From: Rhizaria sp. SCN 62-66
Taxonomy: Eukaryota
Reading direction: 5' to 3'
Assembly (NCBI GenBank): GCA_001724265.1
Contig: MEDY01000030.1
Location: 62,001-126,000, forward strand
DNA length: 64,000 bases
The position numbers were made by a program, and so were the translations under genes. Within the stretch, counting starts at the first letter, position 1, and every line of letters begins with the position of its first letter. Shown here piece by piece: positions 1 to 13,697 of this stretch. A model generated the notes under the pieces. That model was not told the origin of the DNA. It made no database searches and was given only the letters and a program-made list of their open reading frames with translations.

Positions 1-1
1 A

Positions 2-3000
2 ACGGGCGTTTTTGCATGTGCGCCTGAGTGGTCACGGCCAGTTGCGTCCGACTCAGCTCACGACTCGTACGACGGACCCAACGAGACCACAGGGGGATTG
101 CTGCAAGCGCTCCGGCTCTATTCGCTCTATGCCGGCGCTTACGCGCCCCACGCTCTGACCGCAGACGCCGCGGTTCCTGGCGGTGCTGCGCTTGCTGCGC
201 GCCACAATACGATCCTGGGACCGGTGCGCAAGCGTGACAAGGCGGCTAGTGACCCCGTTAGAACTGCTATGGCAGTCGCATCCGCCTACGGCCGCCGCCT
301 AGGGACGGTGCCTGATCATACCGCTGACGACGCAGCAGCGTCGGCTTCGGCGTCTGGGTCTGTGGTAGTGCCGATGTCGGTGGACGGCGAGGCGACACCT
401 CTCGGTCAGATGCAGGCGACTCCTGTTGCGACGATGACGGACGCGACATCGATGGGCGAGACGGAGGGCGACCGACAGGCAGCAATGGCGTATGCCAGTG
501 CTGCACACCAGCACAAGCGTTCTGTGTCAGCTGCATTCCAGCTCCGGGTGCGCCCCACGCTGCCCTCGTTCAGTGACGTGCTCACTGTCACTGTCATGGG
601 CCTCGAGCTCACCCAGGACGATGACAACAAGGATAACACCGGCAATGCGCAAATCCAAGGCCGCGGGGTGTGGTCCAGTCTGACGAACGACGCGTTCACG
701 CTTGCCGAGGCATCGCCCGACTTTGCCGCAGCTCTGCTGCTTTGCTGCCAGCTCGAGCGTGTCGCACGCGACGCCGCTGTAGCCCGGTGGGCTCAAGTTC
801 CCGTGCTGCTGCGCAACCTCCTCACGCCCGCTGTGCCCGCGACCTGTGCGGCGCTGCCGTCGGCGCTCACGCTCGTGCAAGGCTTGCTGCTATCGGTTTC
901 TCTCGTGGCGACGCCGGAGGATGTCCCGCGCGCGTTCGGTCCTCCATTGACGCGCGTGCACTCGCTGCCACTGTGCAGCTCGCCGGGACTGGCCGGCGCG
1001 GCGTGGTGTACGCTGCAGGCGCTGGCACAGGGCGCGCCGGCGCTGCAGCTGGCGTTGGCCCTGGCACTGTACGCCTTCTCACAGCGGCCGTGGGATCCGC
1101 TGGGTTTCCCTCGTTTTGACTGGCGCGGCACTGACACGCTGTCACTGGGACCGACCCGCTACGTGGGCCTTGTGAACGCTGGCTCGACGTGTTACATGAA
1201 CTCGCTGATGCAGCAACTCTTTATGACCCCTGCGTTCCGCGCCGCAGTGCTTGCTTGCCCCACAGGTGACATCGCCCTGGCCCAGGACGAGGATGGCAAT
1301 ACGTCTGCCCCGCCTGCTGCAGGTGAAGACGGTTGCCGTTCAACTCCCGCCGCAGCTGACGAAACGGAGTGCCTACTGTTCCAACTGCAGGCGTTGTTTG
1401 CGGCGCTGCAAGATGGAACACGGCCGCACCACGACCCTGTGTCGTTTGGTCGTGCGTACCGTGGCTTGGACCAACGGCCGATGAACGTCAACATCCAGAT
1501 GGACGCGTCCGAGTTCTTCTCGCTCATGTTTGACCAGCTTGAGGGCCGACTCAAGGCGCTCAACGCCGCGCGCGCGCCGCGGCCGCCTGTGCCGGACATG
1601 ATGCAGGCCGCGTTCCAGGGCGCGACCACAAACACCATCACGTGCTCGAACCCTGCTTGTGGGCACACGACACTGCGCGAAGACCCGTTCTTCATGCTGC
1701 CGCTTGAAGTCGTCGCTCACGCGTCCGTGCCGCAGGCACTGGACACGCTGTGCCGCGTAAGCATGGACCGCGCCGTGGTGTGCGACCGCTGCCGCGAGCA
1801 GCGGTCCACGCGGCAGCGCGTTACGCTGACGCGACTTCCCATGACGCTCGTCCTGCACTTGAAGCGCTTCCAGTTTAACGGGGAGATCATGTCCAAGGTC
1901 AACACCGCGTGCTCGTTCCCGCTTGTTTTGGATCTCGCACCCTACACGAATGTGAACCGTGAGTCTGACCAGCCGTGGCCCTGTGTCTACGTGCTGGCGG
2001 GCGTGCTCGTGCACTGGGGCCAGATCAACAGCGGACATTACTACTCGTACATCCGCGAGCGCAGCCACCCTAAGTGCCCCGCGGCTGCGCCGTTTGCGCA
2101 CGATCTCGCGGAACGCGCGGCCGCGGGTGGTGCGACGTTTGACTTTATGTCCGCGCTCGAGGCCCGCGTGCGAGCGGAGAAGTGGGTCGAGTTCAACGAC
2201 AAGAACGTCCAGAAGTGGGACATTGATGAGCTCAAGGCGGCCTGCTTTGGTGGTGGCAACGCCGCGCATAGTGCTTACATGCTCTTCTACGACCGCTACT
2301 TAGTCGGGTCCGGTGTGAGTGAAACCGCTCTCGTGGAGCCTGTTACTGCGGTTGTACAAGCGAGTGCGGTCTATCCGCGTGTGCTTTTTGACCGCATCTG
2401 GCAGCGCAACAACTCGGACGCCATCGTGCGTGCACAGTCGTCATCTTCCTGGGCCCAAGCTGTCGTCTCCCTAGCTCACAGTGCGATCGCATGCATTCCT
2501 AAGGCAAATGAACTGCGTATCACCACGTCCAAGGATTTATCCGCGCTCGCCGACGCCCTGACTCTGCCTGAGGCGCCACTGATTGCCGCTGCGAGTCTTG
2601 TCAGTCCTATGACGCTTGCGCGCGGCGCCGCGGCTGTCGACATGGCGAACGTACTCGGTGCCGAGCTCGCACGGTTCCCTGTGGGTGAGGTGACTACCAG
2701 CGCCGTTGCTGTGCTGATAGTGGCCACACTCGCGAAGCTGAGCCAAGCCACAAGAAGCGACTCAAACGAGCTGTGCCAGCTGGCGCAAGAAGAGGCGACA
2801 AACCTCAAGCACTGTGCGATGGCGATAATGTCTCGTGTGCCTGCCGCAGCTGCCGCAGTGCTTGCGGCTGTGGTTGAGAACTTTGAGGTTCACGGCAGTC
2901 CTATCGAAGAGACCGAGGAGGGCGAAGTTGCTCCGCGAGAGCGCAGTGGCAAGGCAGCGTATTGCTGGCTCACGAAGCTGTTCCAAGTTACTCAAATCAG

Positions 3001-6000
3001 TAGCGCCGCACTGTCATTTGCTGCATGCGTTGCACATGCGCTCTCTATCATTGAGCCGATGGAGCGCGTAACGCTCGCCAACTACAACGCCCTCCTGCGC
3101 GCTGAATCGATGTCTGACACGCGCTTCATTTTGCGCAAGAAAGTCGTCGATATTATCGCAGAACGCCTGCCGGGACCTCTCCCGCTGTCGCGGCGCGTGG
3201 TGTCTGCGGTGGTCTCAGTGCTGGGTGCTGAGACACCTCTCAAGAATGAGTGGGTCGGAGGCATGACGTCACTGTGGCATCTTCTGCAACTCTTCGGACG
3301 TCAGTCCCACCAGGCTATGGCGCTGCTGTTCGAGCTTGGCGCGCCCACCATCGCGCTGTCCTGGTCTACAGGCTTCACGTCGGAGCAGTTAATGCTGCCG
3401 ATGCCCGTGCTGATGCCGGCGCGCGGCGTTGGGAAGCCGCGTGCCGTGTACAAAATGGTGCGCCCTCAGTCCTCACGCAAAGCGGGCGACTCTTTGCAGC
3501 AGGTATTGCACTGTCTGCTCGCGGACGTTCTGCGCGCAGTGCTGATGCGGTTGCGACCCCATGCTGATACTGCGGCGTTGCCCGTGCTTGTGACGAACGC
3601 ACGCGAGCTTGTCCACATGTGGCCGCCCACGCTCGCGATCCTGCAGCCCGACTCCGAGCCCGTCGATGAGTCCAGTGCGGCCAACTCGTTGATGACGCAC
3701 GTCTTGGCGACCGCACGTGACCGCGCTGCGGTGACGCTGCTCATCACGGAGCTGTTTGCCACCAACGGCTCTGTGTGCGCCGTGCCCGCGCAGGTGCGTG
3801 TTGTGCTTGATATTGTTGAAAGCGCTGAATACGCGAAGATCGAGCAGGCGAACCGCGTCACATTGCTGCAACTCCTTCTTTTGCCGTACGGTGACGCGCC
3901 GCCGCTGAGCGACGACGCCCCTGGCGCAGCTGCATGGACAGAAACGGCGTGGGTGGGACTGGACCACTCGCGCGCACGCGCCGCGGTGCAGCGTGCAGTT
4001 GCGCTTACTGAGACTTGTCTGACGACGGATGATCTCGGTGGCGTGACTGCGAGTCGGATGGACCTGCTCCTCATGCTTTGCGCCGTTGCCGGTGCACCTG
4101 TGAAAGCGTATTCGACCGCGCTGTCGTCTTCGACTCCTCGTGAGTCGGTCTGTCTGGAGCGTGCGACGACAACCGCGGGGCGCGTGATGCGGGCTGCCGC
4201 GGCATCTCTCGCATCTCAGACGCTAACGTCACGCACACTCACCGCTGAGCTTGATATCGCTGTGGGATTCATGTACAGCCCGGACTTGTTTGACTCCATG
4301 GGAAGTCAGTCAGCGCCAGTGGATGCCAGTATTGAGCAGCAGCGTCTGGCACATGTCATTCGCATCGCTGCCAAGATCCCACCGGTGGATGCGCCGACGA
4401 ACAAGGACCAAGCTGAGGCTGGAGATGACCGTAATCTGCTTCTGTCCGCCCTTTTGTCGTCGGTGAATCCTCAACTCGCGACCCACGCAACGGCACTCGT
4501 GCTTCTGGCGACTGCAACAACGCCGGTTGCGAATGGTGTTGTCGCATGTCATGACAACAGTGGACTGTGGGCTGACATAATGGTCCAGACACCCTTTATC
4601 GCCGTGGGTGTGGCATTAGCGGCGGCAGACAAGGCGTATGAGTCCCGTCTAATCTCACCTGTTGGTGTTGATGCTGGCGCTGACGTGACAGCAAACCTCC
4701 TCAATGTCTTCGCCGTTGCGCGGAAGTCTGTGCTATGGTTTGCGACCTGTGGTGTGCTTGAAGCTCTCAGTTGGGTTCAAGCAGCAAGGCCTGTGCAGAC
4801 GCTGCATATGTGTAAGTTGATCATGACTGCCTTAGCAGGCGCACCTGCCTCCGTCGTTGACCGATTGCGCGTGCCGTGGTTGATGGGGATGACGACGGAG
4901 TGTATGTTTGCTTCTGCAACCACGGCTGATGCCGAAGTCGTGATGATGCCTGTTGCCGCTCTCCTTGCGTGGGCACTTCTTGGCACCAGTAACTTCCTCC
5001 GTCCCGTTTACAACGAGCACAAAAACTTCGCGCATATCACCACCTTTCTTGACACCCCTTTCGTCGTCTCGCTTGATGTCAGTGATCACGTCGGTGCAGA
5101 GATCGGGATGCAGACGTTTCAGTCAGGCTCCTCAATGTTTGTGCTAAGTTCGCTTGATAACGCCGTGGCAGCGCGCCTGGGAGCCGACGCTGCGCATCAC
5201 GCCGACTCCTCTGCAACCACAACTGCAGCGCTCACCGATAGCCAGATCGCTGCGCGCGTGGCGCATCTCCTGGCCGAGAATGATGTTTTGGCCAACGTCG
5301 TCAAGTCTGTGCGAGCTGCGCCGGATCCAAACGGGCCACTACCACTGCAACTGGACGTATACGCAGCGTCCGTCTCCGCTGTTCTCGCACTGGCTCTCCC
5401 GTACGACGACTCGACTTTGCAGCTGCTGCAAGCGTCGGACGCGGCCCAGGCGATGGGGGAGTCGGCGGACGTCGGAGGAGCACGTGGTTACCTCACAGAC
5501 GTGGTGCGCCATGAGACCATCTTGGCGGCGCAACGTTCAGAGGGTTACCGCCCGGTTCAAGCCTTGGGGAACTTTCTCCGTCTCAGTCTCTGTCCGCTCA
5601 TGCGATCGTTTGCGGCACTCGAGCCCTCACAGCGCACGTTCGTGTTCGCGATGCTCTGGCCTCGTGGCCTGATGCAGTGTCGCGATGTCATGGGGGAGTC
5701 CTCAATCGCAGTCACACTGCTCGCTTTGCTTGGCTCTGCTGATCACACCACACGTGTTGCCGCTCTCACGCCTGCTCTTTTCGGCAAGCCGCGCGACAGC
5801 ATCACGAAGGCCGTGCCGGTTTCTGAGTTCAGCGGCATTGTGGACATGATTTCGTACATTGCGGCGCGTTCCTCGCTTGAGCTGTCTGGTTTCCTAGATC
5901 TCTCGCGCCTTGGCTCCTTTGCCTCGACGCTCGTCAGTCAGATTGCATCAAGAAACTTCTGCATTGGGACGCATAATCCACAATGGCCATTTCTGACAAG

Positions 6001-9000
6001 CTTGTATCGTCGTGATGCTCCTATCTTGCTTGTGGCGGGTGTGGCGGCCGCGATTTCTGCCGTTGTTGCCGACATGAACACGTTTCCAGGTATTCTCAAC
6101 ATCAGCACCAACTTCAACAATGCACTTCCTCTCACTGTGGCCGTGGGCGAAAACAGTGAGGACGTCTTGGGGGAAGTGTTGAAGCCGACTGACACGATAT
6201 CTGAGCATTGTTCCCATGGAAACAAGCCTCTTCCACATCAGTTGACGTCGTCGCAAGCGTCACGTGCGAACAAACTTGCTGAAGATCTCACGCGTACAGA
6301 TGTACGCAAGATGGCTGAACCGATGCTTTGCATGCTGCTTCCTTTGCCGGCGCCGCTACCACATATTTCTCTTGTGGCCAGTCCGAATGCCAATTTGAAC
6401 TCGCAATATGCCGTCCAGTATGCGCTTAAGAATCATCCGTTTGTCGTCAACAGTCAAAATTTACAGGTCTTTCTTAACTTTGATTGCGCATTGGAAATGG
6501 CGGCGCAAATCGATGTCAAAAGCCCACCTGAGCTCTCTCGACCTACCTCCCTCTGCTATTCCTATGTACAGTCTCCAGCTCCTATCAATCTCCCACAGTG
6601 TAAAGAGGCCTATCATGCGCGGCTGTTAGGAGTTAATGCAGCATCCGTTACGAAGGCGCGGCTGTCTGTCACACATGCTTTCAAGGTAGCCCTTGACTCC
6701 GTGCGCGCAGGCGCTGTGCCGAAAGACAATGCGGATGGCAATATTCAAACCAAGGTCATGGCCGCTGCTGAGGAGTTGTTTGGTTCAGGCACTGACTCGT
6801 ATTTTGACGGTGACGACAAGTACTCACTTACTCAACATCTCGCGGCGCGCTCTGCCTGCAATGATGCGGCAGCGACCCTCATAATCGCGCCCGCATTTTC
6901 ACGATTGATGAACACCGTGCCCCTGGTGCTCGCGCCCTGGCTCTGCGGTGCTGTGCATGCGCAGCTCGAGGTTGGACTCGATATCTTTCTGTCTCTCAGT
7001 GAGCATGAGACTCAACAGTCGAGGGCGCCCTGGAACATGCTGCATCCTACGTTGATTAACCCATTGCTGCGCAGCGTGGTTCCTTCTGAGGCGTTGATTG
7101 CGCTGGCTGCCGACGCACTCGAACTTGTCGTGCGCAAACTTCCCGTCGGTGGTATGCTTAAGCTGTGGCCTGTGAAGCCTGTTTTCCCGTTCACTCCACT
7201 CGAGTCAGCTGCCGCGATGCCGGCTATCACGACTGATACTGCCGGAGCATCCGCCCAATCTGCTGTCAACGGCGGTGAGAGCTCATTTGCGACTGCCGCT
7301 CTGCGTGCCTACACCAACGTACGCACCGCGCCGCTGGCAGAGATCGCGTACGAGCTCACAGCGCAGCTGCTGCTATTCAGTATGGTTTCAAGCACACCGC
7401 CGCAGTTGTCGGCGATGGCGTCTAATGCCATGGCAAGTGTGCTCTCACGTTGGTCCGGCTCAAACTGCACAGCGGAAGAGACATGCAACAACCTGCTTCT
7501 GTTGCTTAAGTCAGAGCGCGTGCACGCGCGTGCCGCCGGACTCAGCAAGCTTGCTGCTGCGGGTGACGAGCTGGCCAAACGCTTCCGCACCGACTGGGCG
7601 CGCGTCTTGGCGGCGCCAACGCGCCTATCGGGCGCCCTTCATACCAGCGACGCGCCCACTGTGGCGGCGCTCATCGGACACGCATCGCAGTTCTTGACGC
7701 CCTTGTGGTCTGTCTGCCCGCTTGAACGCGTCCCTCTGCCGCTGCAGCTGCTGGGCTATGTGGCTCTGGGGAACCCCTTGCTGGCCGCAACATCATTCGT
7801 CAACGAGGTCGTCCAGCTGTGGCTGCCGCGCTTTGCTCTCGCCCTGCTGTCTGGCGACGTCACCCCGCTGGTTCCCTTCTCCCGCTCAATGGACGATGTG
7901 AACGAGGCCGACGTCGAGGCAGCCCCCCGGCGCTGCGCCCTGGTATTCAACGTGTTCTCAGACATTGTGAAGCAAGTCGAGTCCGTGCAAGTCGACAATC
8001 TCCCCAAGCCGCAGTGTCAAGAGAGCGCTGCTCCAGAGGAACTTGAGGCCGAAGCGCTCACGCTGGCTCAAAGCACCGAGTGGGCGCATGCGCTGGGCTC
8101 AGTCCGTATGCTGTCGGCCGTTCTAGCGCCCGCTGCGGCTCAGCAGGCTGAGGAGCCCAAGGTCTCGGTCAACCCGTGGCTGTTGTGCGTGCCGCGCTCG
8201 CAGGTCGAGCACGCCCTGGCTGTGGCCGCCGCCGTCGGGCTTGCGGCCGGTTCGGCGCTGAGTGATGTGCACGGTGACGGCCCCGCCTCGGTGGCCGCAC
8301 GCGTGCTGTTCAGTGCCGTGAGCGACGCTGCGCACCCGCACGCAGACCTGGAGCAGTGGGCGCTGGAGGCCGCCGGCGCGAGCGGAGAGCTCACGCGCGC
8401 GCTCGCCGCCACTAAGCGCGACTGGACTCACAGTGTGCAGAACGCCCGCGATCAGGAAGCTGCCGCCGCTCAATTGCAGTAGCAGCAACAGCACCAGCAG
8501 CAACAACAACAGCAACAGCGTCGGGGTGGCATCGACTTTCTGTTGTCTGCAAGTGAGCGTGTTGCAATGGGTGGCGGCGTGGATGTCCGCTCCCGGCGCG
8601 CGCGGCGATCAAACGCCGCAGCTCGTGACAACAGTGAAGACTACGTTGAAGTCGACGATGACGAAGAGGAGGCCGATGGCGATGATTACGAGGGCAAGAA
8701 CAACCGCCACATGGGTGGGTCCAAGCGCGCACGCAAGGCGTCGCAGGCGCAAGCGGCACTTAGAGATGTTGGTGTGGTGAGTTTGGGTCCCGACGGAGAC
8801 GGTGTGTATGCCGGCAACGAGGAGGAGAGTGAAGAGTACGACAAGGAGTATCGCGCTAGTCGTGGCAATGATGGCAATGATCGACGCCGGCGCCCGCAGC
8901 GTCACAAGCAGGCTCCACAGCAGCGTCGCGATGTTAACTCCCGCGGCTGTGGCGACTGTAACGATGGTGGAGAAACCGGCACTCAGCTTTCCATGAGCTC

Positions 9001-9892
9001 TGAAGACAATGTGGCGCGTTATGCACGCGAAGCTCGATACGACCGCGATGTTCTTGCTGAGCAGTTTGACCGGCTTGAAGCGCAGATGGTCGAACTTCTC
9101 GTTCGACGGGACGACGCCAATTCGATTAATAATGTCGGCTTAGCCCAGAAGCTGACTGCCGAAGTGAATGAGCTGGAAAAATTGCAGGTTGTCATTGCGA
9201 GTGCACAGAAATTCTGTCATGACTCAAAGCGCGGGCAGCGCGTCACGCGTCACAAGGTTGCCACAGATCCCGGATCTGGCTCTGATTTCGTATACTCTGG
9301 CACGGACTCCGTCTCTGGTTCCGAAAACAAAGACGGCGACAATGAGGACGACGACGAGGACGACGGCGAGGACGACGATGACCTCGTGATTGTTGCCAGC
9401 GACAGCACCGATGGCGTCGGCAGCTCCTCCGCCTCCGCATCCGCCTTCTCTGGCAAGACGAGCGCGCGCAGTGACTTGTTTGCTGTCCGCGACGGCTCCG
9501 AGCAGACCGGCGGCCGCGGGCGCCGCAGCAGCGCCAACAAAAGAACTGCTCCGGAGCCCCCTCTTGCGGGGCCCCGTGGACGCTGGGACGGTGGCAGTGT
9601 TGGCAGCGGCGGTAGCGATAACCGTGGCGGCCATGGCATGCGACGGCGGTCCGCGGCGTCGCAGAAGCATCGGCGGCGGCGCGGGGCGCGGCTGCAGGAC
9701 TTTGTGGGCTCGGATGACGACGATGAGCAGAGCGGCGACGCCAACGACGACGACTACGACGACGATTTCGAGGAAGTTTGGGATGATAGCAACAACGCCA
9801 ACAGCAACAACAGCGACAACGGCAACGATGTGGACGAACAGGAGGAAGAGGACCTGAAGAGGGCGCTTCAGCTGTCGCTTCAGGATAACTAA
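2..9892 (+). CDS. Large ubiquitin-specific protease (peptidase C19, USP9/24/34-like) with a C-terminal UIM; 5' end lies outside the window; one in-frame TAG at 8480-8482
   Basis: The frame is open from base 2. Cys box YVGLVNAGSTCYMNSLMQQLF (~1160-1222), QMDASEF, LVLHLKRF, His box GVLVHWGQINSGHYYSYIRER (~2000-2062) and WVEFND are present. ORFs 98..8482 and 8543..9892 are in the same frame and separated only by a TAG inside a poly-Q tract. The protein ends EEEEDLKRALQLSLQDN-TAA (UIM-like). Confidence 0.9.
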
Positions 9893-10191
9893 ACAGGTGA
9901 CTGAGCCGTCTCGCACGTGTCGCACTGCATCGCAGTGTTGATACTCGCTATCATGGTTCCTCATGGCGAGGAGTAGTATGTCGCAACGTGTGCACGCACG
10001 TGCTTGAACGTTTTGATGGATTAGCTAGACAAAATAACTATCAAGTATATTTGAGTGTGACGATGTGGGTGGGTGTTGCTGCGTCGTGTGGCTGAGTGCG
10101 GGTGACGAGCGTACACACGCTATCGTATCACTCGCAGTTCTCAGAGCCATCGTAGACCACACCACAAACCGCACCACACTGGTCAAGCCGC

Positions 10192-10843
10192 ATGCTTATC
10201 TTGCGGCGGACAAAAATCGTTATCTAAATGACTCATGTAAACCATAAATAGATTTATTTTTACTTAAGCCTCCAACTGTGTGCCTCCTTGTGAGATATTT
10301 GCAACCCATATTTGAATATAAACTGACCCCGGATTTCGTTTAAGTCAAGTTGCGCGCGGCGATGCTCGAAGACACATGGCGCGACTTACACGTCTCGCTG
10401 CTGTGAGAAGCAGACAATCAACAAACTGTAACGCATTAGCGCAAGCACCAGCGACGACACCAGCAGCAAGGTCGGCGCAGACTGAGCGGGCGTGCATTGG
10501 TTACAGCACAGCTGACTATGGATCGTGACCTACTTGAGGTAGTCCTCCACAGCCATGCATGTTGAGTCAAAAAAGAGTTGAGAAATACTTTTATTATTGC
10601 AGGTTCTATGTGTTGTTTAATTATCATTCTCTATTTCACGCGATACATCACCATCGAAATGTGCTTAACCGTTCAATCCTGTTTCTTTTTTCGGTCCTAC
10701 TAACACTCCAATGTGTTCATATCTTGACATAAATCGTCATCTAATTGATTCATGTAAACCATAAATAGATACATTTTCACTTACAACTGTGCGCCCCCTT
10801 GTGAGATATCTGTGATCCATATTTGACCATTTGAAGAGACCCC
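10192..10843. repeat. Degenerate direct repeat pair of ~130 bp (~10192-10330 and ~10711-10843) in the intergenic spacer
   Basis: aaatcgttatctaaatgactcatgtaaaccataaatagat...caactgtgtgcctccttgtgagatat...ccatatttga aligns with aaatcgtcatctaattgattcatgtaaaccataaatagat...caactgtgcgcccccttgtgagatat...ccatatttga. Confidence 0.85.
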
Positions 10844-11011
10844 AATATTGCGCATCAAAGTGTCACTTAATGTCCTCCTTTGCTCTCTCGTTGCTTCCCT
10901 AGCCTTATTTCCCTTAGATAGAGTGCAGCGCACTTTGACCATTGAGGTCGTGTTTGCCTGAACTAATCCCCGTTGTTTTTGCTTCTGTGACCGTCCGAAA
11001 CACAAGGCTGT

Positions 11012-13663
11012 ATGGCATCTCCTTTGGGGGGGCCACGCCTCAACAAGGAAGGAGAGGATCCCGTGTCGGGTGCTCCCAGCCTCGATTACTACCAGAGTTC
11101 GACATTTGCGCAAGGTGTACGTTGTTTGTTATAGTGATTTGTCCTGTCATATTTATGTCATTGAGATTTTTTTTGTCCTATACTCTGTTAAGCTTCATAA
11201 ATCCTACCTCAATGGCTCACCTCCTGCCCGCTCATATCTTCTTTTTTTCAGTTGACGAGAGTCCCGCTCGCGTCGAGGAATCACTTCAACCAACGCATTC
11301 AGGGTCCGAAACAGCATCAGTAGGATAGCTCCGTGTTTTGGGTATCCCCCAACAACAAAGTTGTCATCGGCGGCGTCTTCGACGGCCATGGCGGCTACTC
11401 CGGCGCACTCGCGTCGTCGTCAGCTGCCGCCACCGCGCGCGCCTGGCTCGACGCCCGCGCCTCTCTGTGCGAATCCTGGACCGCGGCCGAGTGGCGCGCC
11501 GCTCTGCGCGAGCTCTTTGGCGCCATGCACGCCGGCGCGCGCATCTCACTGCTCCGCAACACGGTCCACATCCATGATATCACCGCGGGACCCGCGCTCC
11601 TCGCCCCGCAGCCCGCACCACCGGTGCCCACCGTCACCGCCGCCGTCACCGCCGCCACCACCGCTGCCGCTGCGGCTGCTGATGCCGAGGTTGCGGCTGA
11701 GAGTGCCGCGCTTGGCACCGGCGTTGCGGCGCAGCCCGTGCGCATGGTTGACGCGTCCCCGCGCCCGTGTGTGTCGCCCTGTGACCGTGACCACCCGTCG
11801 CCGGCTCTCAACTCACTCGCCACTACTCCTGTCACTGCCGCTGCCACTGCTGCTGTTGTTTCTGTGACGGCATTGGCGCCGGCGCTGTCGTCCGCCGGGG
11901 CCGCGCCGCCCGCCGCCGCTGCTCCCTGTGCCTGCGCATGCTGCCTCGCCTCTCAAGCCCCTGCCGCAGCCGCAACGTCCGCATCCGCATCAGCATCCGC
12001 GTTTGCCGCGGCCAGTAGCAGCAGCAGTCAGGGCCAGCTGGGCGGAGGCTCAACCGCGTCCGTTGCGCCCTCGATCGCTCCGTCTTCCGCCGCAGTCTCC
12101 TCAGCCTCGGCGTCCGTCGCCGCCGTCGCCACCCTGGCCGCGCTCCGTTCCCGCGCCGCCACACCAGTCAACTCGGCGACAAACACTCTACCTGGCACCA
12201 CTGCGACCGCGGTTGTGAGTGGGACTGCGAATGGTAACGCGCCGCCGTCGCCGCCCGTGTCTGCCCGCGCCCGCGCCGCCGCCGCCGCTGCGGCCGCTGC
12301 GACGCGCGAGGTGTTCTTGGGCCCGCGCCCGCTGCCTGCTGGCGCCAGCAACCAGAGCTGCGGCTGCGGAAGTGGGAGCAGCATGCCGAGCGACTGCACC
12401 AGTCCGCACATTGGCCCCAATAACCTTACTCCGAACACGAGCGGCGGCGGCGGCGTTGGCGGCGGCGGTGGCGGTGGGAGCGGCGGTGGCGGTGGGAGCG
12501 GCGGGGGGAGTGCAATTCCCCCGAATACCTCGAGTCTGTCGCTGTGCACGACCCCGCGCAACGGGGCAGGGCCGCGCGGGTCCGGTGTGTTTGCCTTTCC
12601 GTCCCCGCACAGCCACAGCGTCTGCCCCAGTGCGAGCGCCAACGCTCAGGCGCATGCGCACCCACACGGTGGCGGCGGCGCTGGCCCCGGGATCGGCGGC
12701 GGCGGCGCGAGCGAGCGTCTGTGCCCTCCGTCGCCGACACACTCTAATCTCTCAGCGTCTTCGACGACGGCGACGCTGACCCGCAAGCGCAGGTCGCTTA
12801 TCTCCCCGCCTTCGCCCGCATCCACCTCTGGCACTGGCACCGGCACTGGTATTGGCGCTGGCGCCGGCGCCGGCGCTGGGAATGTCAACGGTAGTAATGT
12901 GACTGGCGGCGGACCGAGGCCCGGAAGCGCCGCAGGGCCGCGCGCGTCCGGATCCTCACTGGGATCCTCCTCCCGCACTGGCGGGGCGCTGGGCGGACTG
13001 GGGCTGCTCGCGGGCGGCGCGCGCGCCTCGGGCTCAGCACTCAGCACCAGCCGCCGCGGCACTGGGGGCGGCGGCGGGGGCGGCGCGGGGGCTTTGCGTG
13101 GGCTAGGGCTGGGCGGTCCGCTCCCTCTTACGGCCGCGGCGGCGGCGGCGCTGGCGGAGATGGACGAAGCCGACGCTGCCGACGCGGTCGATGGCGAAGG
13201 CGATGAGTTCGAGCACCACGCTATGGACGACACCAACCACAGCCACGATCATGATTACGGTAACACGAACGCTGACGAGGATGAGGACGATGACGGGGCG
13301 GGCAAGAGAGCGCCCCCTGCGCGGCAGCGGCGGCGCGTCGAAAGCAGCTGTCCTGCACATGCCCACGCGCACACGCACGCACACAGTGGCGGCGCCGGAT
13401 GCGCTGTGTGCCGCTCACACTCGCATCCGCGCGCGCGCGCGCAGCCGACGAGCGCCAGCGCCAGCGCCAGTGTCAGCGGATCGAACTCGGACGCCGAGGG
13501 CGAGGGAGTCGCGGGGAACGGCGGCGCGCGCAAGCCGCGTACGCGCCCGCGCACGCGCGCTGGCACGCACACGCATGCGCACACGCACGCTACGCCCGCG
13601 GCCGCTCTCACTGCTGCGGAGACCGGCGCTGCCACTGCTGCCTCGGTGACGGCAGCGGCGGCG

Positions 13664-13697
<34 letters not shown>

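Noticed and set aside
8480-8482. Pyrrolysine, or A-to-I editing of UAG to Trp
   Set aside because: This is a eukaryotic nuclear context with no pyl genes, and the poly-Gln and PP2C xQD contexts fit Gln rather than Trp or Pyl.
8543-9892. Separate 449-aa acidic protein, as listed in the ORF track
   Set aside because: It starts at a GTG, has no AT-rich spacer upstream and is in frame with the USP across a single TAG. I treat it as the USP C-terminus.
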